Source: a virus
Lineage: Duplodnaviria; Caudoviricetes
Direction: 5' to 3' (one strand)
DNA: 64,000 bases
Virus record (IMG/VR): IMGVR_UViG_3300048854_000081
Coordinates: 32,001-96,000 of that record
Made by a program: the position numbers and the translations under genes. The notes under the pieces are model-generated. The model did not search any database. It was not told where the DNA came from and was given only the letters and a program-made list of their open reading frames with translations. This document shows positions 1 through 9,885 of this stretch, piece after piece. Within the stretch, counting starts at the first letter, position 1. The number at the start of each line of letters is the position of its first letter.

Positions 1-426
1 GATAACTTCCATGTATCGATTGAACGATGGCATGAAGCGTGCCGGAGCTTTTTTATTAAATAGCAGTGACGTATCGTGGGCCATCTGCAAATCTTGTAGG
101 AATGCGGTCTGATGCACGCTTATATTATATTCCGAGAATAGGCCGAGCATATCCGGAAGAATGTAAGTCATGGCTTTTTCGAAAGTTTCTGGTCCTTTAC
201 TATCAGAATAAGTAAGGAATGCCAGTTCATATCGAATCACTTCGATTTCCTTCTTACTAAGAAGGAATCCAATTGGGCAGCGACAGCCATCATCAGCGAT
301 ATATGCCGAAGCCCAATTGTTGTGAGAAGCCTTCCCTTGATCAGCCATTTTACTGCTGATGAATTTGAAGACCTTTCTGTTACTGTGTTCACCTTTGAGG
401 TAACCGATCAGGGTTGGATCGCTCAT
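1..426 (-). CDS. Paralog family A protein (C..CPIG...FLQDLQMAHD), runs off window start
   Basis: Hand translation from ATG at 426: MSDPTLIGYLKGEHS...DQGKAS...DGCRCPIGFLLSKK...FLQDLQMAHD; no stop before position 1. Confidence 0.8.
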   Translation of the reverse strand, partial: MSDPTLIGYLKGEHSNRKVFKFISSKMADQGKASHNNWASAYIADDGCRCPIGFLLSKKEIEVIRYELAFLTYSDSKGPETFEKAMTYILPDMLGLFSEYNISVHQTAFLQDLQMAHDTSLLFNKKAPARFMPSFNRYMEVI

Positions 427-437
427 AAATTTCTCTG

Positions 438-755
438 TTAATAGTTTTCTTTAAGGAATTCGTTTTGGACGGCAATCGAGGTCGTCAATCCTTCAATCCT
501 ATCGTGCATTGACTTGATTAGCTTCTCGACTTCCTCACGTGGAGGAATGACATTGCCTTCCCAACGCATATTGTACTGTTCAGCCGTGATCGCCCAGCGC
601 TCATATTGATAAACGATAGACTCACAGAGGTCTGCATCTTCCATGCCTTCGGTATCGCCGAAGTAGATGTAATGCGGAGTGTCATAGCCAGCACCACCAC
701 GACCCCAAATGTAGTACACAAGCCATGGGCTCTTCTTATTATCTTCAGAGGTCAT
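438..755 (-). CDS. Hypothetical protein
   Basis: ORF track 438..776; likely start MTSEDN in packed leftward operon. Confidence 0.7.
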   Translation of the reverse strand: MTSEDNKKSPWLVYYIWGRGGAGYDTPHYIYFGDTEGMEDADLCESIVYQYERWAITAEQYNMRWEGNVIPPREEVEKLIKSMHDRIEGLTTSIAVQNEFLKENY

Positions 756-945
756 GATAGTCACCCTTGAACGCATGCTTGATGTCGATGATGGCCTTGG
801 TGCTCAGGGAAACATCAATGTTGACATTCTTACCATTGATCAAATAGATGTGGAGAATGCCATTAAGACTTTCCATATTGATGATATGGTCAGTGTTGAC
901 ATATTGAATGTGGTGCGGATTACTATTCAGTTCGACAAGTGCCAT
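745..945 (-). CDS. Hypothetical protein
   Basis: 66-aa ORF with upstream AGGAG, overlaps next gene. Confidence 0.65.
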   Translation of the reverse strand: MALVELNSNPHHIQYVNTDHIINMESLNGILHIYLINGKNVNIDVSLSTKAIIDIKHAFKGDYHDL

Positions 946-999
946 GACAGTCTCCTGTGGTTAGGGGGCTATAATATATTACTGGGCTAGCCGTGTCAA

Positions 1000-1272
1000 C
1001 TATCGCACGCTACAGACATCACCCTCACGGGAAGTAAAGGTTTCTTCCGTTCCAGAACTAAAGTTGCGCCATGTTTTGATGCTTGTGCTATACGACCAGT
1101 GTCCGGGGGTGGACGTGATTGTGTTGCCCGTAGACATTGACTTACAGGATACCACATTGTCTGGTATCCCCGTCGAATATTTTGCACCGACTATAACAAT
1201 AGCACAAAAGATAGCGATACCAGCCATCGCTATGAGTATGCCCAGTAAGAATTTTTGAACCCAAATGCTCAT
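1000..1272 (-). CDS. Small membrane-anchored protein, two-Cys family (paralog of 5244 and 5489)
   Basis: N-terminal hydrophobic helix; VSCKS...W...TFTSREGDVC matches VVCTS...FxPRxxDxC of paralogs. Confidence 0.7.
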   Translation of the reverse strand: MSIWVQKFLLGILIAMAGIAIFCAIVIVGAKYSTGIPDNVVSCKSMSTGNTITSTPGHWSYSTSIKTWRNFSSGTEETFTSREGDVCSVR

Positions 1273-1739
1273 TAGTAAGGTTTCCCGCTCATTTTGTTTT
1301 CATAATACTTAACACAATCATGTAATTCGGAAATCTGTCTGGTTAATTCATAGATTTCTTCACGATACGAATCACGGACGACAGTACATGCATAATTACG
1401 GAATAGATTCAAGTACATATGAAGCCATTCGCGCTTAAGCTCTTCAGGTGCATCGATGCGCGTCATATCACGCATGACATCGTTTGGTGACGTTCTAGAG
1501 AAATTCTTTCCGTCTCCTGCATGATCATACCAAAGCTCAACGAATTGCTGACCGAAATGCTCAGACATGATAATCTTTTCGACAGACAGTCCTTTCATAT
1601 CCATAAGATAATGGAATAGAGTCTTGGTGGTAAACCAAGACTCAGCATCTTTAAGGAAAAAATCAGTCCACTTCTCTTCATCCAAATAAGGAATGACTTC
1701 AGCGTAGTTCGCTACCTGCAATTTAGTCAACAGTTCCAC
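1272..1739 (-). CDS. Hypothetical protein
   Basis: 155-aa ORF, abuts neighbours. Confidence 0.7.
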   Translation of the reverse strand: MELLTKLQVANYAEVIPYLDEEKWTDFFLKDAESWFTTKTLFHYLMDMKGLSVEKIIMSEHFGQQFVELWYDHAGDGKNFSRTSPNDVMRDMTRIDAPEELKREWLHMYLNLFRNYACTVVRDSYREEIYELTRQISELHDCVKYYENKMSGKPY

Positions 1740-1748
1740 AGTGATTCC

Positions 1749-2189
1749 TTATTTGAACGGGAAAACCAATCCCTTGGTTGCATAATAAAATTCAGCGCTG
1801 TGTTTAAAAGACTCAAGAAAATCTTCATCGCGACCCATCGCATCCTTGACACCAGACAAAGCATTGTCATGGAGAACTTGAAGTTCGCTAAGGAATTGAA
1901 TGCGTAGATCGAATGCGCAAAGTTCATCTTCATTTTTACGGAAGTACTTATTGGTCACATCAGTCACGCCATTGGCATTGTATGCATCCATATTAGGATC
2001 GTAGGCGTCATCAGGGATAAGCCAGCCGATGGCACACTTGCTTCCTTCTGGACCACGATACACACAGTTACCATCCATATCAAGGGATGCATAGCCCTGT
2101 TCAAGAAGCTTACCGATAGTGTAATCGGCTACTTCCTGTTCTGTGACAGTACCGTTGAGATAGTCTGTGATGGTTATAGTCTTCATCAT
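1749..2189 (-). CDS. Paralog family A protein
   Basis: EQGYAS...CVYRGPEGSKCAIGWLIPDDAY...FLSELQVLHD. Confidence 0.85.
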   Translation of the reverse strand: MMKTITITDYLNGTVTEQEVADYTIGKLLEQGYASLDMDGNCVYRGPEGSKCAIGWLIPDDAYDPNMDAYNANGVTDVTNKYFRKNEDELCAFDLRIQFLSELQVLHDNALSGVKDAMGRDEDFLESFKHSAEFYYATKGLVFPFK

Positions 2190-2410
2190 TTGAGTCTAAC
2201 ACCTTTAAGTTTAATTCGGGCAAGCTCAGCTTCAAGAGCCTTCAGCTTACGTTCGGCTAGAATCCAACGAGCTTTCATGGCTTCATAATCATCATGTGTT
2301 ACATAACCACCAAGCCGATATTCATCCATGTAGGCACGTGGATATGGTTCTGAATACTCACCATCAGAATCCCACTCCCAAGCACATTCGTATCGGGTTA
2401 CCTCAGTCAT
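2186..2410 (-). CDS. Hypothetical protein
   Basis: 74-aa ORF, ATGA-type overlap. Confidence 0.65.
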   Translation of the reverse strand: MTEVTRYECAWEWDSDGEYSEPYPRAYMDEYRLGGYVTHDDYEAMKARWILAERKLKALEAELARIKLKGVRLK

Positions 2411-2419
2411 GGCTATTCC

Positions 2420-2878
2420 TTAGGCTAATGGATAGGTAAGATTTTCTTCGATGCAGAAAGGTATGACAGTTTGTTCAAAATGATAATTGAAACTGTCCTT
2501 ATCCCCTTGGATACTTCTCCAATGAGCACGATCATGGGTCATCTGTAATTTGTTAAGAAACTCTAGGCGAGTTTCAATATCTTCAGAAGTTGGAGAGATA
2601 TCGTATTTCTTAGCAAAGAATTTCTCAACCAATGCACCAGCATCGATACCAACACTACCAATACCATGAGAAAATGGGCTATCCATTTCGGAATTATATT
2701 CTTCATCAGGAATCAGATGACCAATGGCACACTTTCTTCCCCCAGTACCACGATAGAGACAGGAGTTGGGTCCAGCAGAGGCACGACCTTGCTTATAGAC
2801 TTCTCTAACAGCAAAATTGACGACTTCCTGCTTGCTTACCTGACCGGTAAGGAAATTCTTTAGATTGATATCAGACAT
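2420..2878 (-). CDS. Paralog family A protein
   Basis: KQGRAS...CLYRGTGGRKCAIGHLIPDEEY...FLNKLQMTHD. Confidence 0.85.
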   Translation of the reverse strand: MSDINLKNFLTGQVSKQEVVNFAVREVYKQGRASAGPNSCLYRGTGGRKCAIGHLIPDEEYNSEMDSPFSHGIGSVGIDAGALVEKFFAKKYDISPTSEDIETRLEFLNKLQMTHDRAHWRSIQGDKDSFNYHFEQTVIPFCIEENLTYPLA

Positions 2879-2934
2879 GAATAAATCTCAATGGATGGAA
2901 TAAGAGGTGAGTATAAAATGAAAGACTATGTAAG

Positions 2935-3174
2935 TCAATCGCAAAAGAACTGCCAATGTGCAGTAGGATGAGGAACCTGTGACCGATCATGAATTACATC
3001 CCATTTAACATCAGTCTCGATAAACCGTATCTCATACGTAGTATTCGCATCCAATTCCTTAGGGAGATTGTAACGAATTATGTAGAGTCTGGCATCAAAC
3101 TCTGCTTCAGTATATAACCACTTATCATTTGTACCAGCCTTACGATATAGAATACCTTTAATATTGTTACTCAT
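2935..3174 (-). CDS. Hypothetical protein
   Basis: 79-aa ORF in operon. Confidence 0.6.
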   Translation of the reverse strand: MSNNIKGILYRKAGTNDKWLYTEAEFDARLYIIRYNLPKELDANTTYEIRFIETDVKWDVIHDRSQVPHPTAHWQFFCD

Positions 3175-3197
3175 AGATAACTCTTAGGGATGTAAAG

Positions 3198-3536
3198 TTA
3201 TTCAGCGCAATTTCGCATGAATTGTTCCACGGCTTCTGGACCTTCGGCCACAGCTTCATGGTAATATCGTGATAATTCCTTAGCAGCACCATCACCAGCA
3301 GTATAGCTATTACCAGCTAAATGCTCTCTTAAGCAATGTTCGTGGTTACCCATGATAGGATCAACCTTAAATCGCTCAGGATCAGCGTCGGCAATTGTAC
3401 TGCGAGCAGCTTCGATCCATTTGCGGAGTTCATCACCCACCGGACCATCCTTGGAATAGACTACAAAGCCATCGGAAAAATGCACGATGCCTTCCAGTAG
3501 TTCCAGCATTTCCTTATTGATGTCTTCATTAGCCAT
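3198..3536 (-). CDS. Hypothetical protein
   Basis: 112-aa ORF in operon. Confidence 0.7.
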   Translation of the reverse strand: MANEDINKEMLELLEGIVHFSDGFVVYSKDGPVGDELRKWIEAARSTIADADPERFKVDPIMGNHEHCLREHLAGNSYTAGDGAAKELSRYYHEAVAEGPEAVEQFMRNCAE

Positions 3537-3891
3537 GGTCTTGTTCCTGTGCTTTCTTCATAACGTATTCGATAGAATGGAAGATGAAGCGTACCATAGC
3601 CTCACCCTTAATCTTACTAAAGTCTGAAGTGTTCAACCACAGATCATTACCATTGATATCAAAGTAAGGCTCATCACCCTGAAATTCATAGCCTTCAAAG
3701 TGGCGAATAGTACGCGCAAAATCAAAGAGCCTTGTGGTTTCCTCATCAAGCTCTTCAGAATGATTCATAATCAAAGCCGTACAACGAGCACAACCCGTGC
3801 TTCCTTCAGGATCAGCATTACATGGGTCACTGTCACTACACGAGGTGCGATCATGTTCAGGGTGGGCCTTAGCCCAATCTTTAGTATTCAT
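3529..3891 (-). CDS. Hypothetical protein with N-terminal His/Cys cluster
   Basis: HDRTSCSDSDPCN...CARC. Confidence 0.7.
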   Translation of the reverse strand: MNTKDWAKAHPEHDRTSCSDSDPCNADPEGSTGCARCTALIMNHSEELDEETTRLFDFARTIRHFEGYEFQGDEPYFDINGNDLWLNTSDFSKIKGEAMVRFIFHSIEYVMKKAQEQDHG

Positions 3892-4112
3892 ACAGAAGCT
3901 TCCAAAATGTCAATTTCATCAATCCACTGAGTTTTGATATGTCTACCACCGCTGGCAACGATATGATCACCCATGTAGAGTTTATACTGATAGCAATGTT
4001 TCTCGTCATTGAAACGAATATCAGTGACATACCAGTAGATATCACCACGAGACTCACCATCATTGATGTGAACCGCCTGACGCTCTTCGAATTTAGGTTT
4101 CAAATCAGTCAT
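3888..4112 (-). CDS. Hypothetical protein
   Basis: 74-aa ORF overlapping both neighbours. Confidence 0.65.
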   Translation of the reverse strand: MTDLKPKFEERQAVHINDGESRGDIYWYVTDIRFNDEKHCYQYKLYMGDHIVASGGRHIKTQWIDEIDILEASV

Positions 4113-4560
4113 GTCCGGGTCTCCAAGCCTTGGGAGTAATACGATGGGTACCGTCGATCATCTGATATGCAATGATACCTTGACTATGAAAGGAACCCCA
4201 CTTGTAAACGAGTGTACCATCTTTCCGTGAGTCAATGAAATAGATTTCATTCTGAAGAGAATTCTTTAATTCATCATCAGTACAGGGAATGGTTTCGATC
4301 TTATGACCCGGAAGACGCACGGGTACATGAAGCTCAGGCATCGGAACAACTTCACCCGTCTCCGAATTGATTACCTGCCAATCAGCAAAGTAGGAATAGA
4401 GTGGCGTTTCACGATACTTCTTCATCTTATAGGTATTGATAGCCTGACTCAGAGTAAAGCCAGTCCATTGTGTCTTCCACTTCTTACGATACAACCCTTG
4501 GATAGCATAGATCGGCTGATTGGATTGCATGGGTATACCTCTCATGTAAGATGAACACAA
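4105..4560 (-). CDS. Hypothetical protein
   Basis: ORF track; true start probably MQSNQP. Confidence 0.65.
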   Translation of the reverse strand: MCSSYMRGIPMQSNQPIYAIQGLYRKKWKTQWTGFTLSQAINTYKMKKYRETPLYSYFADWQVINSETGEVVPMPELHVPVRLPGHKIETIPCTDDELKNSLQNEIYFIDSRKDGTLVYKWGSFHSQGIIAYQMIDGTHRITPKAWRPGHD

Positions 4561-4783
4561 GTTACCACATGTAACCTGAACAGGATGTTATCGACGAATA
4601 GCCACAACCACCTGATTGACACCGAAGCGTTTGTTCCATTTCTTCTGGATTCGCTTACGATAGCTGCCAAACTTATGCCATGGCTTCAATGGAAGGAAAC
4701 GATTAGGTTCTAAACGTACGGCAGGTATATACTTAGATTTCTTAACCGGAACTCCGTTAGAGCACAGATAACAATGCGTATAT

Positions 4784-5005
4784 TCAGAAATTTTCATCAC
4801 CTAAGTCCCAGCAGAATTTAACAAAGAACCACAACCACACAATACCTATAAATTCAAAACCAATGAATACGCATTTGTTACGTATGTCATCAGCATCACA
4901 GACGAGTGTAGGACAGCTACTAGAGAAAATCGCATAAGAACAAAAGAGTGCCCATAGCGTACCCACTACACCCATGATTATAATAAAAATACGCCAACCA
5001 GTCAT
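4784..5005 (-). CDS. Small two-TM membrane protein
   Basis: Two hydrophobic segments. Confidence 0.65.
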   Translation of the reverse strand: MTGWRIFIIIMGVVGTLWALFCSYAIFSSSCPTLVCDADDIRNKCVFIGFEFIGIVWLWFFVKFCWDLGDENF

Positions 5006-5247
5006 AGATTCCTCTCCTTGTATGCAGTAAGGATTTCCTTATAAGACTCAAGGATTATTTCAGCTTCCCCTAAAGACTTACTGGTATAGTAGGCATCAGC
5101 ACATTCACCATCACACTGAGCATCCGGACCACATACGTGATTATCCCTAGGAATCTTCTCACCATAGCGATAAGCCACATTGATAGCTTTCTGTAAGGCA
5201 TCTACCAAATCAGTGACCACACCCATATAGATGACTTCTGGAATCAT
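5002..5247 (-). CDS. Hypothetical protein
   Basis: 81-aa ORF, Cys cluster HVCGPDAQCDGEC. Confidence 0.6.
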   Translation of the reverse strand: MIPEVIYMGVVTDLVDALQKAINVAYRYGEKIPRDNHVCGPDAQCDGECADAYYTSKSLGEAEIILESYKEILTAYKERNL

Positions 5248-5492
5248 CGAGTAACTTCCAATATCTCACAGGTATCACCCGTACGAGGACTAAAGGTAAG
5301 TTTAACACCACTGAAATTTTGCCAGCCATAATAACCCACACGTTCAGAATAAGGCTGCCATGCAGAGGCGACTTTTGATCTTAGGATACTTCCATCTACC
5401 CCTGACGTGCATACCACTTGCATAGGAGTGTCCTTAACCGAACAACCCACTACACTAATTGCTAATAGAATAAAACCAAGGAGAATTTTCAT
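5244..5492 (-). CDS. Small lipoprotein, two-Cys family
   Basis: MKILLGFILLAISVVGC lipobox-like signal; VVCTS...FSPRTGDTC. Confidence 0.75.
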   Translation of the reverse strand: MKILLGFILLAISVVGCSVKDTPMQVVCTSGVDGSILRSKVASAWQPYSERVGYYGWQNFSGVKLTFSPRTGDTCEILEVTR

Positions 5493-5752
5493 GGGGCAGA
5501 AATCACACATGAGTCAGCAGGACGTGGCATAAAATCAATATCCGGACCAGAACGATCATAAAACCAGCCATAGTAACCCGGACGCTTATTATAGGAATTC
5601 CAGTTATTGGCAATAGGTGACTTGATCACCGTTCCGTTTTCACTGGAAGTGCAAACCACTTGATAACGCTGTTTAAGCAACTCTTCACGACTGGTACCAC
5701 CATAGCAACCAGTAAGAATAAGACATACAACAGCTAAGAGAAGAATTTTCAT
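5489..5752 (-). CDS. Small lipoprotein, two-Cys family
   Basis: MKILLLAVVCLILTGC lipobox; VVCTS...FMPRPADSC. Confidence 0.75.
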   Translation of the reverse strand: MKILLLAVVCLILTGCYGGTSREELLKQRYQVVCTSSENGTVIKSPIANNWNSYNKRPGYYGWFYDRSGPDIDFMPRPADSCVISAP

Positions 5753-5768
5753 GACTTGGAACTATCCT

Positions 5769-6167
5769 TTAGGATACACGCATCAGCAGGACGGGGGAAG
5801 AATCGAATGTCGCCCACGTTACTGCCATTTTCCATAAACCAGCCATGATAGGTATTAGTACCCAAAGGCATGGACCAGTAATGCTATGATACTGCTTAAC
5901 ATAATGAATGACCGTACGATCAAGAGTGTCGATATGAGCATCCATCGTAGGATTACGAGTACAAAGCTCCCTCATGACTTTCTTACTGAGAAGGAAACCA
6001 ATAGGACACCTATCCCCATTATCACTGTGATAGACAGGCGTAAGAGAATCACCCGTATCAATCATGGACGGACCCATTTGTTCATTAATCTTCTTTCTGA
6101 TGAAATTGATCAATCGAACAGGTGTCACTCCACCCCGAAGCACGGAACAAAAGGTAGGATCAGCCAT
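5769..6167 (-). CDS. Divergent paralog family A protein
   Basis: MADPT...EQMGPS...YHSDNGDRCPIGFLLSKK, closest to 1..426; lacks LQxxHD. Confidence 0.7.
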   Translation of the reverse strand: MADPTFCSVLRGGVTPVRLINFIRKKINEQMGPSMIDTGDSLTPVYHSDNGDRCPIGFLLSKKVMRELCTRNPTMDAHIDTLDRTVIHYVKQYHSITGPCLWVLIPIMAGLWKMAVTWATFDSSPVLLMRVS

Positions 6168-6604
6168 CACAGACTCCAAGCAAGATTATACTTACCATAG
6201 AAGGTAGCAGCACGATCCTTGAATAGATCAACGAACTCGCCCTTCCCTTTATTAACAAAAGCAATCGAATCATTGAATGCTGCATCATGGACTCGCTGAA
6301 GATCAGAAAGAAATTCAATATCATCCTGACTCTTAGACACATCCGAATAATAGCGCTCAATAATCTGATGGGAACCATTCGCCAATCCAGCATCCATCCT
6401 ATACTGATACTCATCATCAGGAATAAGCCAACCAATAGCACATTTTCTTCCCTCCGTAGAACGATACTTACAAGAAGCATCACCACCCACAGATGCCTTT
6501 CCCTGTTCAAGAATCTTGGCAACGGCATAATCTGCCACTGCCTGACGATCCACTTTACCAGTAAGAAAATTCTTAATGTTGACATCGGTCATGTTATTCT
6601 CCAA
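6167..6604 (-). CDS. Paralog family A protein
   Basis: CKYRSTEGRKCAIGWLIPDDEY...FLSDLQRVHD. Confidence 0.85.
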   Translation of the reverse strand: MENNMTDVNIKNFLTGKVDRQAVADYAVAKILEQGKASVGGDASCKYRSTEGRKCAIGWLIPDDEYQYRMDAGLANGSHQIIERYYSDVSKSQDDIEFLSDLQRVHDAAFNDSIAFVNKGKGEFVDLFKDRAATFYGKYNLAWSL

Positions 6605-7022
6605 AAGGCCATACTAGCTTATGTAGCTCATAAAAGGCAATAGCTCGCTTAGTAAGAGCACTCATGAATCCTTCCTTTGAACCACCAAACATACCAATAT
6701 CCACGTAAGCCTTATCATGGACTCCCTGTAGACGCTGAAGGAATTCCGTATGTTCACTCCACTGATCATAACCCATTCGGTCGAGCATAGATGTCACAGT
6801 CCACCCAAAGCTATCCATAGTAGACTGATACTCGTCATCAGGGATAAGCCAGCCAATAGCACACTTAGTATCCAAAGGACCACGATACTTGCAATAGCCA
6901 TCATCTGCACCAAAGGAAGGACGACCCTGCTCAATAAGCTTACCAATAGCAAAGTCAGCCACTTCCTGTTCGGAATGCTGACCAGATAGATAAGAACGAA
7001 TAGTAATATCAGACATGTCCAA
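6594..7022 (-). CDS. Paralog family A protein
   Basis: CKYRGPLDTKCAIGWLIPDDEY...FLQRLQGVHD. Confidence 0.85.
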   Translation of the reverse strand: MDMSDITIRSYLSGQHSEQEVADFAIGKLIEQGRPSFGADDGYCKYRGPLDTKCAIGWLIPDDEYQSTMDSFGWTVTSMLDRMGYDQWSEHTEFLQRLQGVHDKAYVDIGMFGGSKEGFMSALTKRAIAFYELHKLVWPFGE

Positions 7023-7425
7023 AACTCCAAATTAGGTTATAATCGTCATAGAACTGATGAGCCTTCTTTCGGAATAACTCGATAAAGGTATTCTCACCAA
7101 AATTACCTACATTAGCACGATCATGAGTTTTCTGTAGTTGATCAAGAAAGACTGCCCTTGTCGAAATCTTGTCACCCTTATACAATTGTTCGATAACTCG
7201 GGATGCCCTGACACCACAACTGGAATCCAATAACGGTAGATAATCACTGTCAGGGATCAAATGACCAATGGCACACTTAGTCCCACCTTCACCCCTATAC
7301 TGACACTGGTTGACACTATTCACGGAAGCACACCCCTGCTCAAGGATTTTACCCACGGCATAGTCAGCGACCTCTTGAAAAGAAATCTCTTTATCAAGGA
7401 AACGCTTTAGATTGATGTCATTCAT
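7009..7425 (-). CDS. Paralog family A protein
   Basis: CQYRGEGGTKCAIGHLIPDSDY...FLDQLQKTHD. Confidence 0.85.
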   Translation of the reverse strand: MNDINLKRFLDKEISFQEVADYAVGKILEQGCASVNSVNQCQYRGEGGTKCAIGHLIPDSDYLPLLDSSCGVRASRVIEQLYKGDKISTRAVFLDQLQKTHDRANVGNFGENTFIELFRKKAHQFYDDYNLIWSFGHV

Positions 7426-7703
7426 GATTTATAAACTCTATGGTTAATATGGGCTGGATGTAGATAGATAATCTTCTCAAATCTATCCTTATCCCAACCT
7501 TCCGGTTCATCTGTATGAGACCTAGAATAAGTTCCTTCATCAAACTCAACTTGCATGGTCATAAGCCATACGGTATCAAACCCAACCACCTTACCACAAT
7601 CACCCGCTTTTAGTCTAGGGTGACTATGATCATGAACTAACCGAACCCTATCACCTATATGGAATTCATCAGGAAAGGGAATAGGGAATTGCTTATGTGA
7701 CAT
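7422..7703 (-). CDS. Hypothetical protein, SH3/KOW-like beta pattern
   Basis: FHIGDRVRL...LKAGDCGKVVG...QVEFD. Confidence 0.65.
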   Translation of the reverse strand: MSHKQFPIPFPDEFHIGDRVRLVHDHSHPRLKAGDCGKVVGFDTVWLMTMQVEFDEGTYSRSHTDEPEGWDKDRFEKIIYLHPAHINHRVYKS

Positions 7704-7830
7704 AGGTTAGGCTCACTGATAGGTACGAATGGACCTATTTCTACAGGAATTAGGTTCACTGTAAATGGATATTAATCTCAGAATATGCGAAGCATCACTT
7801 CGTGTATGAGAATGGGTTAAAAACAATATC

Positions 7831-7938
7831 TGTCAAGCTTCCTTTACATATAGCAGAAATGGCTTAAAACAGGCATTTAGAAATTATTTGAGAATATATG
7901 TACGATTTATCGACACTTCGTGTAAAGGAAGCTTGACA
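7831..7938. repeat. Perfect 18-bp inverted repeat in AT-rich intergenic gap
   Basis: tgtcaagcttcctttaca (7831-7848) / tgtaaaggaagcttgaca (7921-7938). Confidence 0.9.
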
Positions 7939-8160
7939 TGATGAGAATATGTAGAGAAAACATGAGGATAAAATGAGGTATAATGTTGTAATATATTATA
8001 CTCTGCATACGTACTCTGTGTGCGTGGACACCCTCAAAATTTTCAATGAAAAATAACTCTAATCATATCATATACTTACGATACCTTTTCTTAGCCTATT
8101 GCGGCTGTAACATAAATCATATTACATTACAACCGCATGATTGTCAAGTGATGATAAAGC

Positions 8161-9120
8161 TTATAGTTTGAATACTAACGTAGGGTTAGTCATGTCTTTG
8201 GTGATAGCCACATTCCATCCAGCATTGATATAAGCTTTCATTAGTCTATACATAGCTTTGGATTGGAGTGTCATTCTATCCTTAGGGATATCGATACCAT
8301 CCAAGATAATCTGATCTAGATCATGGATAGAGAAATTAGCTACAGAAGGGCTAGGGCCATCATTGAGTTGATCGACGGCAGCATTCTCTAGCATATTATT
8401 GATCTGATCCTTACCGATCTGGAAATAGGTTTCGGCAAGCTTCAGTTGGTTAATCTTATTATCGTACATTGCTCTGGTATAGATGAACTCAAGGTTAGGC
8501 TGAGCATCTGGTTCCGGAGTGACGACAGAAAATGGATAAATTTTCTCATAGTTATCGATTAGATAATGTTCATCTTCATCGAGGGGTAGTACACCTTCTT
8601 CAACATCGATAAGACCAATGCGTTCAGCTTTAAGTCTAGCAGCGAGTGCATCATTCTCTAGGTCTTCATCATGTTTATCGAGCATGATGGCGATGGTTTC
8701 CTTTACATACTTAACGTATTCGGCGACAGACATAGGAGGTTTGGTGAAGGCACCATCACCCATATAAATGTTATGAAGGAATGCTTGGCCGAAAGCTTTA
8801 AGGACGGCTTCTTCGCCATAGAGAGTTTTGCCACCTTCATCTGAGGATACCCAAACGATTCTACGATTGAGAGCAGGTTCACCCTTTTCCCATTTAAGGA
8901 TAGAGTTATCGAGGGAGTGTGTCAGACCATTATAGGCAGCGAAGCCTACGACAGAGGTTAGCCAGCCATTACCGAAGAGAGGATATTGTTTTTGGCTATA
9001 GGGACCAAGAGAGAGGTCATACTTAGCATTATAGTCTCTCATATAGTAATGGAAAGCCTTTACAGATAGAAGAGTGTAAAGGCTTTTTAGATTAGCATAT
9101 TGGCGGTCTTTGAGTTTCAT
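8161..9120 (-). CDS. Hypothetical protein, paralog of 9117..9821
   Basis: DRQYANLKSLY / VVGFAAY / MLDKHDE shared with neighbour. Confidence 0.8.
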   Translation of the reverse strand: MKLKDRQYANLKSLYTLLSVKAFHYYMRDYNAKYDLSLGPYSQKQYPLFGNGWLTSVVGFAAYNGLTHSLDNSILKWEKGEPALNRRIVWVSSDEGGKTLYGEEAVLKAFGQAFLHNIYMGDGAFTKPPMSVAEYVKYVKETIAIMLDKHDEDLENDALAARLKAERIGLIDVEEGVLPLDEDEHYLIDNYEKIYPFSVVTPEPDAQPNLEFIYTRAMYDNKINQLKLAETYFQIGKDQINNMLENAAVDQLNDGPSPSVANFSIHDLDQIILDGIDIPKDRMTLQSKAMYRLMKAYINAGWNVAITKDMTNPTLVFKL

Positions 9121-9821
9121 TGTGGGTAATGGTCTGTGAAGTGAATAGTAAGGGAGATATCGGAATCAATTTTCAGTGTAGCGTTATATCCATCTGCCTG
9201 CAACATGGTATACATTTGCTTGAACACATAGCATTGAACATCTTTATCCTTAGAGGTAATGGCATCTTGATTGATGTTGATACTACGAAGGCTTTTGCCA
9301 TATTGGATACTAGCGTTCAGTTTTTCATTGAAAAAATTGATCAGGTTAGCTAGTTCATTATGTTTAACCTCGACGGCCTTGATTTCTTCCTTGAATGTCT
9401 TATAAGGAATAAGCTTAGGAAGTTGACGAGTTTGGATAGACATAGGAGTTTCCTCGTGTTTGTCAAGGATAGTTTTGATGAACTGGTTAAGGTGATCCAC
9501 ATATTGTAATGTAGACATGTATGGATTAACGTCACGATCCATACCACTAGCAAAGGATTCACCAAAGATTTCAACGATGTTAGGATATCTAACAACATCT
9601 TTATTATAGGTAACGCGACGGAATGGTTCTGTGTAGTAACCGAGTTGATCGATAGTTAACCAAGCTGCGAAACCGATGACATTCCAAAAGTAAGAATCCC
9701 AGCGATTGTGTGGTTCATCTGCACGGCTATTGGAACTAACATTGCTAAGGAAAGTAACATAGTCGGAAGCATTCAATCTTTCATAGAGAGCTTTGAGATT
9801 CTTAATTTGTTTATCATTCAT
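9117..9821 (-). CDS. Hypothetical protein, paralog of 8161..9120
   Basis: MNDKQIKNLKALY / VIGFAAW / ILDKHEE. Confidence 0.8.
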   Translation of the reverse strand: MNDKQIKNLKALYERLNASDYVTFLSNVSSNSRADEPHNRWDSYFWNVIGFAAWLTIDQLGYYTEPFRRVTYNKDVVRYPNIVEIFGESFASGMDRDVNPYMSTLQYVDHLNQFIKTILDKHEETPMSIQTRQLPKLIPYKTFKEEIKAVEVKHNELANLINFFNEKLNASIQYGKSLRSININQDAITSKDKDVQCYVFKQMYTMLQADGYNATLKIDSDISLTIHFTDHYPQ

Positions 9822-9859
9822 GTTAGTAAGTCCTAACGTATAGAGGGGTGGATGGTATA

Positions 9860-9881
9860 CCTTACGCAAGCGTTAGGACTT
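9860..9881. repeat. 22-bp repeat ccttacgcaagcgttaggactt, copy 1 of 3
   Basis: Identical at 19342-19363 and 19434-19455. Confidence 0.9.
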
Positions 9882-9885
9882 CTTT

